IMG/VR virus record: IMGVR_UViG_3300030397_000466
Span: 1-60,298 of that record
Length of the DNA: 60,298 nucleotides
Source: a virus
Lineage: Duplodnaviria > Caudoviricetes
Reading direction: 5' to 3' (one strand)
Shown here: positions 38,826 through 48,673 of the stretch, piece by piece
How the letters are laid out: each line of letters begins with the position of its first letter
Position numbering within the stretch: the first letter of the stretch is position 1
Notes under the pieces: model-generated
Told to the model about the DNA's origin: nothing
The model's input: the letters and a program-made list of their open reading frames with translations, nothing else
Databases searched by the model: none
Program-made: the position numbers and the translations under genes

Positions 38826-39150
38826 CTTTAATAAGATATTGATTGATAAACAGGAAGTTTCTGAGAATGAGTTCGTTTAAATCTTCGATCACAGCCTCAA
38901 AATCCAAATCTTCTGGTGCGAAAACAGAATTGAGTTTAGCGATAAGCTGATCTCTTTCTGCTTCGTCCATGTCTAAAGCTTCGTCCTTAACCTCACCGAT
39001 GCCTACAGCTGCTGCCGGTAATGCACTAATAGCATTAACTAGGTGCGGGAGACCATCGAGATAGTCACCACTCTTGCGGATAGCAGCAAAAGCATTAAGA
39101 AGTTGTCCGAAAACTACGTAGACTTCTTCAAGATTCTTAATTCCAGCCAC
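38809..39150 (-). CDS. Hypothetical protein
   Basis: GTG start after AAGGAG. Confidence 0.6.
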   Translation of the reverse strand: MAGIKNLEEVYVVFGQLLNAFAAIRKSGDYLDGLPHLVNAISALPAAAVGIGEVKDEALDMDEAERDQLIAKLNSVFAPEDLDFEAVIEDLNELILRNFLFINQYLIKDDELR

Positions 39151-39491
39151 TAAATTTCTCCTTTCAGTTTATAGTAGATTTCAAATGGCAATATACACTG
39201 TAGGATGTTTCTATCAGGATTCTTAACCCACAGTATGTGAATCCCTATATTGTAAATCGTAAAGTGGCCTAGCAACATATATACAAGCCAGACCCATGTA
39301 AAGCCTTCCCACAACCAGACGTATCCAGCAATTGTCAACCATGCAGCTGTGTGGTCTGTATCCCCATGAGGTGGCAATATCACAGGCGAATCCAACCATT
39401 TCCATCTCAGCTTGTCGGGCTTTCTTGTAATTATTTGTGACAGACTGTGAAAGAGTGCCAGCAATGCCCAACTAATATATAACGTATTCAT
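39150..39491 (-). CDS. Multi-TM protein (holin candidate)
   Basis: Trp-rich hydrophobic segments. Confidence 0.45.
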   Translation of the reverse strand: MNTLYISWALLALFHSLSQIITRKPDKLRWKWLDSPVILPPHGDTDHTAAWLTIAGYVWLWEGFTWVWLVYMLLGHFTIYNIGIHILWVKNPDRNILQCILPFEIYYKLKGEI

Positions 39492-40302
39492 TGTTCATCA
39501 CAGTTGACATTTGTTGAATTTCCGTATCTGTATAAACTCCATCCATAACAACAAGCCTCAATATGGAACCAGAGAAGTATGCAGTCAACGCAGCAGAAGG
39601 ATTCCTTCCATACCCAACCTTTATTTCTTCGCTTGTCAGGTTTACAGTATTCGTAGGGTTGGCTTCTGCGGTTGAAGTTTGTTTGGCACCGTTCTGCCAA
39701 AGCTCGGTAGCTCCATAATTGGTTCCAAATTTCCAGATCAATACAGAGTAGTTGGTTACTGCCGAAACATTTTGCCACCGCTTATTGCCATTATTCCACC
39801 TGGCGCTAGGATCGGGAGGAGTAGACTCATCTTCAAATGAGGTGATCAGAACAGTTCCAGCGGAGCCAGAAGAGTCTCCAATGTGGAATATTCTTCCGCT
39901 ATTAGTCCCTTTAACGACTGCTATAACAACGATGTTTGGGTTTCCAGTTAATCCAATCCCAGATAGGGAATACAGCCTTTCATTGCTTGCCGCATCAAAT
40001 GTTACAGCATGGTGTCCTGCCTGGCTTAGAGAGTCATGCAATGGAAAGTATGGATTTATAGACTTTAAATTGTATCCATTTCCACTATTGTCTCCCCAGT
40101 TTGTCACATTTCCAGAACCATTTACTGTTATGTTCAGGTCTCCATTCCAGTCCGCTCTTACAGTTCCAATTTCTGCTAGAGTTGTAGGCTCACTGGTGGA
40201 GACTGTCGGGTTTGATATGTAGTCACGATGAGACTTGAACTCCTGGAACTGCCCATGCGCCTGGATGACTAGCAGGAGCATTAAAAATATTTTATACATC
40301 AT
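39472..40302 (-). CDS. Signal-peptide LamG/concanavalin-like protein
   Basis: Signal ...AHG|Q; VTNWGDNSGNG, ELWQNG, FSGSI. Confidence 0.65.
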   Translation of the reverse strand: MMYKIFLMLLLVIQAHGQFQEFKSHRDYISNPTVSTSEPTTLAEIGTVRADWNGDLNITVNGSGNVTNWGDNSGNGYNLKSINPYFPLHDSLSQAGHHAVTFDAASNERLYSLSGIGLTGNPNIVVIAVVKGTNSGRIFHIGDSSGSAGTVLITSFEDESTPPDPSARWNNGNKRWQNVSAVTNYSVLIWKFGTNYGATELWQNGAKQTSTAEANPTNTVNLTSEEIKVGYGRNPSAALTAYFSGSILRLVVMDGVYTDTEIQQMSTVMNNEYVIY

Positions 40303-40307
40303 GCCAC

Positions 40308-42482
40308 CTATTGTTGTATGTTGTCTATGAAGACTCTTGAGCCGTTGTCGTTTCGCAATTTCAAAAGAACCAGCCTATAAAAATTCTCAAGTCCGCCCGT
40401 TCTGTCTGATCCATCTGCCGCAGATACAACATAATAGTTATAGTTAGAATCCATAGGGTTGGTGCCAAGAAATACTACCGGCCTTGGAAGTGTTATAGCC
40501 CAGCCGCTAACCCGCTTGTATCCATTCTGGTATTGGATTGGATAATCCTGAACACTCCAGTTATTTATTTGTAGCGATGTGTTTGTGGCCCATCTTGCCA
40601 CCCTTCTAGCTCCAGCTACACTATAATAACAATACCATGTAGAGCCAATCTGCTCTATCGTTGGTCCTTCAAGAACATTCTCCTGTCCACTTTCCGCAGT
40701 AATATCCATTATGCCAACTTCGGTATATCCAGTTCCTGGTTTAGTAGAAGACAGCAAAAAGAGTCTTTGGTTGTTTGCAATTGCCATATAGTATGTGCTT
40801 CCACTCTTGAATACATATGGATCAAGAACACCCTGGGCAGAAGAGCCCCCCGTTGGGATACCAGTCCATGCAGTATCTTTTGCAGACCATGTGGCACCAG
40901 AGTCTACTGAGTGCCATGTAAGGATTGTTGAGTCACCAGCACCTAAATTTACCCAGTCTTGGGCATAAAGCCAAAGAGTATCTCCAGCGGCATCATAATA
41001 CAATGCCGGAACTGCCGCAAGTGTATCAATCTTTGTAGAGGTGTTTAGTGTTGCCAAAGAATCTGTGCTAGTAGCCATCCTTAGAGTTCTGTCGGTTTTT
41101 TCATAAAAGAATATTCTCCAAACATCATCCACGGAGTCGTATAAGCCGGCGTAAAGAACTGGTCTCTTTGTTGTCGCCCCAGAGTCTGGATACTGAACTT
41201 GAGTTGCTGCAAAGAAGTCATCTTCTTCTGTGTAACTTTGAAATGTTGTTGATGCAAGATAATCTTTTACATCAACGCTGTAGTTATAAGCAATCTCTGT
41301 TGAGTTCATTATTTTATCATATTTTCTCCAAAACTTCATAGCGCCAAAGAAGGATTGATCTATACTTCCATTATGGCTACCACCGATAATAAGAGCCGTT
41401 GAATTAGTTGGAAGCGTGGCGGGTAAGGGCTTGTTCCATGTATTGACACCATTCCTGTAGAAATGGATACTGTCAGCACTCGCACTAATTACAATTGCAA
41501 TAGAATACCATGTATTTCTTTCTAGGACGCTTGAGCTATCTATTACACTTCTAAGGCTGCCGTTGTAGTAGTCAAAAGAAAGATATCCGTCGGAAGCCCT
41601 TCTGTAAACATGATAATTTAAAGACGATGATCCAACAATACCCTTACTAAATAAGCTTTCCAAATTGCCATCTTGGGCACCATACGGGGTTGAAAAGAAT
41701 ACACCAAATTCAATAGTTTTCGATGAATCCAAATCTAATCCTGATTCGTTGGCATCTGAAATGAATCTGTTTGCCGCATACACCATCCCATCGCTTGGAT
41801 AAGACCAGCTTCGACCGGGATGAGGTTCAGAACCACCAGTCCATGTCTCTCCAACTTCGGTTGTTATGATGGTCCCAATGTTATCGTTCAACGTGTCAGT
41901 TCTTGTATCTGTTTCATTCCAAATAAACTCGTGTGATAAAGAGTTTGCAGCTCTTGACCCAACGGAAGCGTCGATAAGCGATTGAACCTCACTGGAGTCT
42001 ATGTATGTCTTCCAAGAAGTTCCATGCCACATTTGAAACTTGTTTTTTGTTGTATTGTAGACAATACGGCCCTTGTCTCTATTAGAGGCAGGGCTTGGTC
42101 TATTAGCAGATGTGTAGTTTTCTGGATATGTTGCAACTCTTGTCCAGTAACCGCCCGTTGCTGCAAATACATTCATTGGGTGAGCAGTTCCAGAGGTTTT
42201 CCAAACAAATAATCCGCCACCCGTTCCGTCAGAGTATATTTTGTCAAGCGACACTAGAGTTCCAACGCTATCAGCTGAAAAATTTTTGATTGCTGCTGTA
42301 TCGCTAAACTGCTGTATATCCCCAAGGTGGTTTGTTATGTAGTTATCCATAGTTCTGAAAACACCATCCTGCGACACATAGACCGTATCCATTCTTGCTA
42401 TTCTGTCGCCCTTTGGAACACTCTGCGAATATACAGAAAGGAATGACAGAAGGAATGAAATTAATATAATAAATCTTTTCAC
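40308..42482 (-). CDS. Signal-peptide protein with LamG domain and glycosidase-like beta-propeller
   Basis: Signal ...VYS|Q; NTWYSIAI..HFYRNG; Asp-box SVDSGATW; DPYV, EGPTI. Confidence 0.65.
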   Translation of the reverse strand: MKRFIILISFLLSFLSVYSQSVPKGDRIARMDTVYVSQDGVFRTMDNYITNHLGDIQQFSDTAAIKNFSADSVGTLVSLDKIYSDGTGGGLFVWKTSGTAHPMNVFAATGGYWTRVATYPENYTSANRPSPASNRDKGRIVYNTTKNKFQMWHGTSWKTYIDSSEVQSLIDASVGSRAANSLSHEFIWNETDTRTDTLNDNIGTIITTEVGETWTGGSEPHPGRSWSYPSDGMVYAANRFISDANESGLDLDSSKTIEFGVFFSTPYGAQDGNLESLFSKGIVGSSSLNYHVYRRASDGYLSFDYYNGSLRSVIDSSSVLERNTWYSIAIVISASADSIHFYRNGVNTWNKPLPATLPTNSTALIIGGSHNGSIDQSFFGAMKFWRKYDKIMNSTEIAYNYSVDVKDYLASTTFQSYTEEDDFFAATQVQYPDSGATTKRPVLYAGLYDSVDDVWRIFFYEKTDRTLRMATSTDSLATLNTSTKIDTLAAVPALYYDAAGDTLWLYAQDWVNLGAGDSTILTWHSVDSGATWSAKDTAWTGIPTGGSSAQGVLDPYVFKSGSTYYMAIANNQRLFLLSSTKPGTGYTEVGIMDITAESGQENVLEGPTIEQIGSTWYCYYSVAGARRVARWATNTSLQINNWSVQDYPIQYQNGYKRVSGWAITLPRPVVFLGTNPMDSNYNYYVVSAADGSDRTGGLENFYRLVLLKLRNDNGSRVFIDNIQQ

Positions 42483-42778
42483 TAGGTAGTTCCTCCGGAT
42501 GGAATTGTTAATATGTTGTCACCCCAGTAAATTGCACCTTTATACCATGCAGGGACAGTTACACCTGTAGTGCTCGGGTAGGTAATAACCAGCGTTCCCT
42601 TTATAGTGCTTGTAATATCAGCATAGTAATTGCCATCACCACCATCCGTGTAAGTGTATAGGGCTACACCTGTATAGCCTGATGTTCCAGTAGAGAATGA
42701 GTAGAGCTTAACCGTAAGCCCTTCATACCCTGCATATCCATTACCGCTGGGGCGTGCTATGTAAACTTTATTTACCAT
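42482..42778 (-). CDS. Virion-associated protein
   Basis: T/G-rich, coupled. Confidence 0.55.
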   Translation of the reverse strand: MVNKVYIARPSGNGYAGYEGLTVKLYSFSTGTSGYTGVALYTYTDGGDGNYYADITSTIKGTLVITYPSTTGVTVPAWYKGAIYWGDNILTIPSGGTT

Positions 42779-43191
42779 TATTTAATCACTCCCGGACCTT
42801 GCGGTATGATGAATGCCACTCTTCCATGACCTTTACGGTTTGTCATTTCTCTCTGAACCTTGGCATGAAACTTACGCATACAGGCTTCCGCCAGGCGCTG
42901 GTCCTTAATGTTGTTGTTCTCTTCCAAAAGTTTTGCCTTGACGTATTCTATTACAGCCAGTGAAAGGTTTCTCGAAAGTCCCAGACTGGATGTTTCATCT
43001 GTAGGAACACCGCCTCTAGTTGTATACCTTATAAGTATAGCATTAGTGTCAGCGGTATCTGGGGTTGTGTAAATGTCTTCGTCAAAGTCCACATAGGGAT
43101 CGTATATTACGTCCTTATTTCTCTGAAGGAGAGCAATTTTTCTACCATCAATATGATATCTATAATCATAAAAATCATTGCCAGTTGACAT
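42778..43191 (-). CDS. Head-tail connector-like protein
   Basis: Position; LAVIEYVKAKL helix. Confidence 0.5.
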   Translation of the reverse strand: MSTGNDFYDYRYHIDGRKIALLQRNKDVIYDPYVDFDEDIYTTPDTADTNAILIRYTTRGGVPTDETSSLGLSRNLSLAVIEYVKAKLLEENNNIKDQRLAEACMRKFHAKVQREMTNRKGHGRVAFIIPQGPGVIK

Positions 43192-43199
43192 TGCGCCTC

Positions 43200-43511
43200 C
43201 TATATAATAATAATCTCTGTAGAAGACAGGGCAGTAGTGCCAGTCTCGTGGAGATCAAGGTTGTTTATACTACCAATACGAACATACTGGTTTCTGTTAT
43301 TGCTTGTAGCGTAGTGTCTGTAGACACCCAACAGGTTTATATAGTTAGCGGGCAGGTCGTAAAAACGCTGCCCGGCTACTATGTTATAAACTAAGTATGT
43401 AGTTCGCTCTGGTATGAGTTCTGCTATTTCAGTGAGAGCATCTTCGACATAGGCTTTAACCTTGTTGGTCTGCCTACTGCCCACTCTCTCCATTATTTCC
43501 AGTAGGTCCAT
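43200..43511 (-). CDS. Head-tail connector-like protein
   Basis: VAGQRFYDLP motif. Confidence 0.5.
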   Translation of the reverse strand: MDLLEIMERVGSRQTNKVKAYVEDALTEIAELIPERTTYLVYNIVAGQRFYDLPANYINLLGVYRHYATSNNRNQYVRIGSINNLDLHETGTTALSSTEIIII

Positions 43512-44325
43512 TATAACCTCTTAGCATAAAGCCCAACCTGTTGTCAGCTTGAGTAAACAGGTCTCTGGCTCTCATAATAAACTGTTGTGTAATTTGATTA
43601 GTTAAATTGCCGTTCTGAATTTCAGCCATAGCTCTTTCAACTTCCTGCCTAGCCACTTGAACAATTCCGCTCATCATTTCGGTGTCTTCGTTCTGGATAT
43701 AGTATTCTACATCCTGACCTTGTGATAGACTGGTAGAGTCATCTATAAGGACTTTAGCCTTGTTCAGGGCACCCCTAAAGTCACCAGAGGCATTGTCAAG
43801 GTCTGCCGCATATTTGCTAGACCAATAACCAGATTGAGCATAGCTGTCTAGTCCGGCTGCATAAAGCACTGCTACTGCATCAAGTTCTCTGTAGACTGTA
43901 GATGTAGTAGAGGATGTGAGAGTGGGAAAGTCTAGCTTTGTCACCTTTCCTGGTGAGCCAGCTGTTGGGTCTGGCTTGATGTAGACTAACCCTGTTCTCA
44001 CATAAAATACTGGAAAGATATTAGTAGCTTGAAACAGGCTCTCTGTTCCCAGTTGATTGCTTTGTGAATATACCATGTCCTCTGGAATCTGGACGCATGT
44101 GAATCCATTGCGCCTAACAGAGAGAATATGGCTATGAGTAATGTCATAACCAGTGCTGCCCGTGATATTTGTGCTATCCACGCCCGCGTATGCAAGCTTG
44201 GCTACCGGAACCTGGTTGAGTATATAGTCATACCCATCAGACAGAAACTCTACCACTTCAGCATTAGAAGTAACAGTCGTATCACTTCCAGTAATGGATC
44301 GCACTTTAGCTACTAAGGTTGCCAT
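43474..44325 (-). CDS. Head-tail adaptor/tail protein
   Basis: YIKPDP, AVLYAA; position. Confidence 0.5.
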   Translation of the reverse strand: MATLVAKVRSITGSDTTVTSNAEVVEFLSDGYDYILNQVPVAKLAYAGVDSTNITGSTGYDITHSHILSVRRNGFTCVQIPEDMVYSQSNQLGTESLFQATNIFPVFYVRTGLVYIKPDPTAGSPGKVTKLDFPTLTSSTTSTVYRELDAVAVLYAAGLDSYAQSGYWSSKYAADLDNASGDFRGALNKAKVLIDDSTSLSQGQDVEYYIQNEDTEMMSGIVQVARQEVERAMAEIQNGNLTNQITQQFIMRARDLFTQADNRLGFMLRGYNGPTGNNGESGQ

Positions 44326-44333
44326 ATATTATC

Positions 44334-44675
44334 CTAACCTATAAATTTTTCCCATACAGGTAAGTGTTCAACCGTAATCTTGTTTTGCTTGTCGAGGTTC
44401 TTCAAGCTCTCAACGATTGCACCGGCTACCAGTGGGTCAAAGTTCATCTCTTTTTGATAGTTCTGTGAAGCTTCATCATCGAATCGTAACTGACGAGCGC
44501 CGTTAGGCATAATAACTGTCTCAATGCTAAACTTTCGACACTCATCTTCGGTGAATACCAGCTCTTTGTCTATGAATTCTTTAATAGCTTTCATAGTCTT
44601 ATAATTGTGAAACTGCGGTAATACTTCCAAGAGCTTAGCTCTTTCACGTATTTTAAGCTTCTTCTTCATCGTCAA
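44334..44675 (-). CDS. Hypothetical protein
   Basis: Tiled ORF. Confidence 0.55.
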   Translation of the reverse strand: MTMKKKLKIRERAKLLEVLPQFHNYKTMKAIKEFIDKELVFTEDECRKFSIETVIMPNGARQLRFDDEASQNYQKEMNFDPLVAGAIVESLKNLDKQNKITVEHLPVWEKFIG

Positions 44676-45264
44676 CCCTCCATTGCGGGATTAAATAACC
44701 GTATAAAAGTCCATCTTTAGATTTAAGGAGCGATGTTACATCGTGCTGTAAATTACATTTAACACCCATGCCCATTGCTCTTCCCAGCCAATACTCTACG
44801 CTAGGCTTCTGTTCCTTGTATTCCAGAAGGACGGTCATATTGACACCGTAGAAGTTTAGCTCTGTTGCACCATTGTATAATGCGAATGCCATCATATAGT
44901 CGATTGTGTTGGTAAAATAACAAACACCAAAATGCTCGACCATTTTATCTAGCGGATACTTCTTTGAGTTCTCAATCTTATCCCAGACATCCAATGTGTA
45001 GAACTCCATGTCGGGACGCTCTTTTGCTACTTCTATACATTTCTTTGTGCTATATTTGCTTTTCTCTTGCTCTAAAAATACATCCATATCATGCATATGG
45101 AATGTTTTGCTCACGAAGGGACACGGAATAAATACATCATTACAGCCATAAGTCTCAGAACCTTCTAGCTTGCCTGCTGCATGATCCTCGAAGATTCTAC
45201 GCCAACCGTCACCCTTGCCCAGGATGTTGATTACTTTTTTCTTTTTCATAATATTAAAAATCAA
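44653..45264 (-). CDS. Putative sialyltransferase-like (GT29/GT42/Maf-fold) glycosyltransferase
   Basis: ILGKG, YGCN, FHMH, NTIDYMMAFAL..G..ELNFYGVNM...EY. Confidence 0.5.
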   Translation of the reverse strand: MIFNIMKKKKVINILGKGDGWRRIFEDHAAGKLEGSETYGCNDVFIPCPFVSKTFHMHDMDVFLEQEKSKYSTKKCIEVAKERPDMEFYTLDVWDKIENSKKYPLDKMVEHFGVCYFTNTIDYMMAFALYNGATELNFYGVNMTVLLEYKEQKPSVEYWLGRAMGMGVKCNLQHDVTSLLKSKDGLLYGYLIPQWRVDDEEEA

Positions 45265-45296
45265 CCCATCAAGGGGACCGAAGTCCCCAAGACGGG
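45257..45296 (-). terminator. Intrinsic terminator after capsid genes
   Basis: Minus strand CCCGTC-TT-GGGGAC-TTCG-GTCCCC-TT-GATGGG-TTGATTTTT. Confidence 0.75.
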
Positions 45297-45319
45297 AGGA
45301 TGGAGGTCTTAGTTAATTA

Positions 45320-45784
45320 CTAAGTAGTTACCCACTGGCGAAAATCACTAGTGGACAAGTCAACGATCGGAATCGGAGTATATGTCACGAACACGTCAAC
45401 TTTACCGGCAGTTGCATCTGTGGTGCCGAGGATAACATCAAATGTATCAGCAGCGCCCAGAACGATCGGAAGAACATCAGAGGTCGTAGACGGACCAACG
45501 ATGGTATCCAATGTCAACTGGCCAGAAGTCAGGGCGGAACTAAGAGCATCAGTTCCAGAGAATCCCAATTGAACAGTTCCCGCACCAGCGGTCTCTACAG
45601 CTTCAACTACACGAGCAGCAAAGCCATAGACAGTAGCGCCTTTGGGGAATACTTCCGTCTGACGGGTGCCAGTAGTGCCAGCACCGAAGTCAATACGAAA
45701 CGCCCGAGTGATCGGGAAGGATACAGTCTGAAAACGATTAGTGCCCTGAACAGGATAATATTTACCTACATTCTGTAAGGCCAT
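45320..45784 (-). CDS. Capsid decoration/cement protein
   Basis: Directly after MCP, T/G/A-rich beta protein. Confidence 0.6.
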   Translation of the reverse strand: MALQNVGKYYPVQGTNRFQTVSFPITRAFRIDFGAGTTGTRQTEVFPKGATVYGFAARVVEAVETAGAGTVQLGFSGTDALSSALTSGQLTLDTIVGPSTTSDVLPIVLGAADTFDVILGTTDATAGKVDVFVTYTPIPIVDLSTSDFRQWVTT

Positions 45785-45840
45785 TGTAAATCCTTTCTAG
45801 GTGGGTTCTTAACCTTTTGTTCACCTAATGTTAGTTATTA

Positions 45841-47322
45841 TTATTTCCACATAGCGTGGCATTCCGGCATGGTAAATTCACAACCAGCTTCGGTCAGAAT
45901 TAAGTCCACACGCTTATCCACACCACTGTTTTCCAGGGTCTGAACACCAACGTATACCGAGGTGTCACGATTCAGGCCGTTGCCAACCAACGGACGGTAT
46001 TTAATGTAGTTCATGTTCAGTGCCAAGATATGAACACCGGTTCCGTCCAAGTGAACGTTGCGAACGATATTCAAGTCACCATAAATGGTGCTAATCTTGT
46101 TAACGGCTACGCCACCAATGTTGGAGCGACCGCTAAAAGCGAAATCAGCACGGAATTGAGAATCAATACCGATAGTATTGCTGAAATAGCCACTGAGTTT
46201 ATTCAACCAGTTATATGTATGAGTATCACACATAAACATAGTTGAACCCATAGCATTGTAACGAGGATCAGTGAACTGGCTCAGATCATCAAGGAAATCG
46301 TCAGAAGTCTTAGATGAGTGATCCAGGCTGAACAAGTTACCATACTGAGTTACATAGTCAACAGCACCCTGAGTATACTGAACGCCATTAGCGTCTGTGT
46401 ATTGAGTTCCAAACAGCATATCAGTTTCGATATCCCACTTGTGCTCAATCAGTTTCTCTTTCCAGATACGAGCCCACTCGTTACCGGCATACTTCAGCAC
46501 ATGGGCACGCGTGGTGTTATCCATTGCCAGAGCAGTCTTCCAGATTTGAGTTTGGCCATATCCGGTGCTGTAGGGGTTGTCCGCCCAGGTTTCCGGATAA
46601 CCAGAACCTTTTTCGAACGCATTACCTACAACATAAGAACGCTTAGATTCGAGATTCTCGATATCATTAGCATTGGCTACATTGTAAACAGTGCTCATCG
46701 GAGCGGATGCAGAAGCCCACTGAAGTTCCAGATAGCTGGAGCTAGGAGCTTTTACAATAAGAAGCTTAAGAATAACATCTTCATCAGTGCTATTCGTTAC
46801 TTCTACTACTTTACCCAAAATATAGTCATTCGGGATATTATAAGCACCACCAGTGTTGATCTTAATCAACTGGTTCGGCAAGAAGTGTTGCGGCTGAGTG
46901 CCTGCATCACCGACATCAATTTTGTTGTTGATGTTGCCGAAACGGCTAGTGATATTACCAGCGGATTTGAAGTCAGACTTCATCTTAACCCACCAGGATT
47001 GTCCAGCAGCTACGTCAGCAGCAGCTACAGTAGCATCGCCAGTAGTATAAGAACTACCATCGTTACTATGAGCAACCACATAGCCGTAACGCTTGTGGAA
47101 CGAATGACGCTTCTCAGTAAACTTGAACTGGGAATCATCAGTAGCCTCTTTCCGGTAAAGACTCATCATCCGGAAGAAGGGGTCTTGAGCGATGTTCAAT
47201 TCGGAAACCATAGACCCAAAATTAAACTTTCGCCTCAAATCACCAGTATTCAGAGTAGAGCCAGTAGAGGCGGCGCCATTCTGAGTTAAACCGGTAAAAT
47301 TACTAATTGTGAAAGTATCCAT
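45841..47322 (-). CDS. Major capsid protein (HK97 fold)
   Basis: 493 aa after scaffold; TQIWKT, EHKWDIE..MLFG, TIYGDLNIV. Confidence 0.85.
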   Translation of the reverse strand: MDTFTISNFTGLTQNGAASTGSTLNTGDLRRKFNFGSMVSELNIAQDPFFRMMSLYRKEATDDSQFKFTEKRHSFHKRYGYVVAHSNDGSSYTTGDATVAAADVAAGQSWWVKMKSDFKSAGNITSRFGNINNKIDVGDAGTQPQHFLPNQLIKINTGGAYNIPNDYILGKVVEVTNSTDEDVILKLLIVKAPSSSYLELQWASASAPMSTVYNVANANDIENLESKRSYVVGNAFEKGSGYPETWADNPYSTGYGQTQIWKTALAMDNTTRAHVLKYAGNEWARIWKEKLIEHKWDIETDMLFGTQYTDANGVQYTQGAVDYVTQYGNLFSLDHSSKTSDDFLDDLSQFTDPRYNAMGSTMFMCDTHTYNWLNKLSGYFSNTIGIDSQFRADFAFSGRSNIGGVAVNKISTIYGDLNIVRNVHLDGTGVHILALNMNYIKYRPLVGNGLNRDTSVYVGVQTLENSGVDKRVDLILTEAGCEFTMPECHAMWK

Positions 47323-47336
47323 TAGTTAACCTCTAA

Positions 47337-48227
47337 TTAATTACCAAAGATATTTCCACTCTTGTCAGAAGCAAGGATAGCAGCAAACACTTGTTGCTCT
47401 GGTGTTGGGGTGTCTTTGCCCGTAGGCGCTGATACTCCAGCCAGGCTTCCATTGTGCTGTCTCATCTTACGACGATGTGCATTCTCTTCCTCAATTAGCT
47501 GTTGGCGACTAGCGTCACCGGCGTTTTCTCTCTGGCGTAGATATAATACATCTTCCAGTTCGAGTGTCTTGTTTCTGGCATAATTAAGTAGATCATTTAC
47601 TTGTTCGTCATTGAGACCGTGCTTAGCCTTGACGGCATTAATCATATTCTGTTCACGCATTGTAGCTTCCTGGCGAGTTTGTAGTTCATTAACTCTTGCA
47701 GAAGCCACCCGATCAACGGCTTGGTTAAAATATTTAGCGGAATCAGAGTTTGGATTGCCGAGAGCATCTTCGAAATCGAAAACGAAATCTTCCGGTAGCT
47801 CCAACTGCCCTGATGGATTCATCTCTGTATTGTCACCGTTGAGGTAGTTATAGACCATTTTGGCCAGGTTCGGGTCTTTGCGAATAACGTTGATTACAGG
47901 TTCATACTCTTTAAGTTCGCTGAGTTCCTTATACAACCTCTTAGCTTCCGTGCTGGAGGCATCATATCGCTGCTGTAGGGCTTCTAAGTCCTTTACCTCA
48001 CCATTAGTAGACTTATCGCCTTCAGTGCTTACTTGACCTTCCTGAGTCGTGTTATTGACTGTCGGAGGTGTATCGTAAGCATACCCATTTACTTGTGCTT
48101 CAAGTGCTGTGAAAAATGCTTCTGAATCAAAGTCCGGTTGGCTCTGCTTGTTATCGCCACCTTCGGCTGCTTTTTCTCCAGTTTGAATGTTGTTAAAGTC
48201 AACAGTCGTTGCCTTGTTATCGGCCAT
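47337..48227 (-). CDS. Capsid scaffolding protein
   Basis: Acidic/coiled, RYDASSTEA, position. Confidence 0.7.
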   Translation of the reverse strand: MADNKATTVDFNNIQTGEKAAEGGDNKQSQPDFDSEAFFTALEAQVNGYAYDTPPTVNNTTQEGQVSTEGDKSTNGEVKDLEALQQRYDASSTEAKRLYKELSELKEYEPVINVIRKDPNLAKMVYNYLNGDNTEMNPSGQLELPEDFVFDFEDALGNPNSDSAKYFNQAVDRVASARVNELQTRQEATMREQNMINAVKAKHGLNDEQVNDLLNYARNKTLELEDVLYLRQRENAGDASRQQLIEEENAHRRKMRQHNGSLAGVSAPTGKDTPTPEQQVFAAILASDKSGNIFGN

Positions 48228-48229
48228 GA

Positions 48230-48673
48230 CTAGTTCCTTTCTTCTAAATCAAAAAATTTGGCATGTAGACAACTGATACCGTGTTTACGATACATATCAA
48301 CTACAGACGGTTTATCATCAACTGCTAGGGCTATATTTTTAATTCCCAATTGCTTGATAATAGATTCTTTAAACTTGTCGTCAGGTTTCCCTACCCATTC
48401 ATCTGGCCTGTAGAGAATACCATCGAAGCTTTTGTATAGTTGCCACTCTTCCAGCCATTGTCTTGTTATCGACTCACGGCTTTGATGCCTTCCAGTTAAT
48501 CCTAATATGCTGTGCTCTGACCATGCTGTGGCCAGGCCATCCAGGAGCCATGCTCCTTCGTCGAACAGTGGGTCAACCTCCATAAGTTTGTTATACTTTT
48601 TAGAGTCTGGGTCCACACCAATTCTATGCCGATAGTCGGCTAATACACCATCAATATCAAATAAGATAATCAT
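48230..48673 (-). CDS. HAD phosphatase (PNKP-like)
   Basis: DIDGV, TGR, K, VDD motifs. Confidence 0.85.
   Translation of the reverse strand: MIILFDIDGVLADYRHRIGVDPDSKKYNKLMEVDPLFDEGAWLLDGLATAWSEHSILGLTGRHQSRESITRQWLEEWQLYKSFDGILYRPDEWVGKPDDKFKESIIKQLGIKNIALAVDDKPSVVDMYRKHGISCLHAKFFDLEERN

Noticed and set aside
46318-47289. 323 aa plus-strand ORF and other antisense ORFs
   Set aside because: Shadow of the capsid gene's codon bias; no RBS or motifs.
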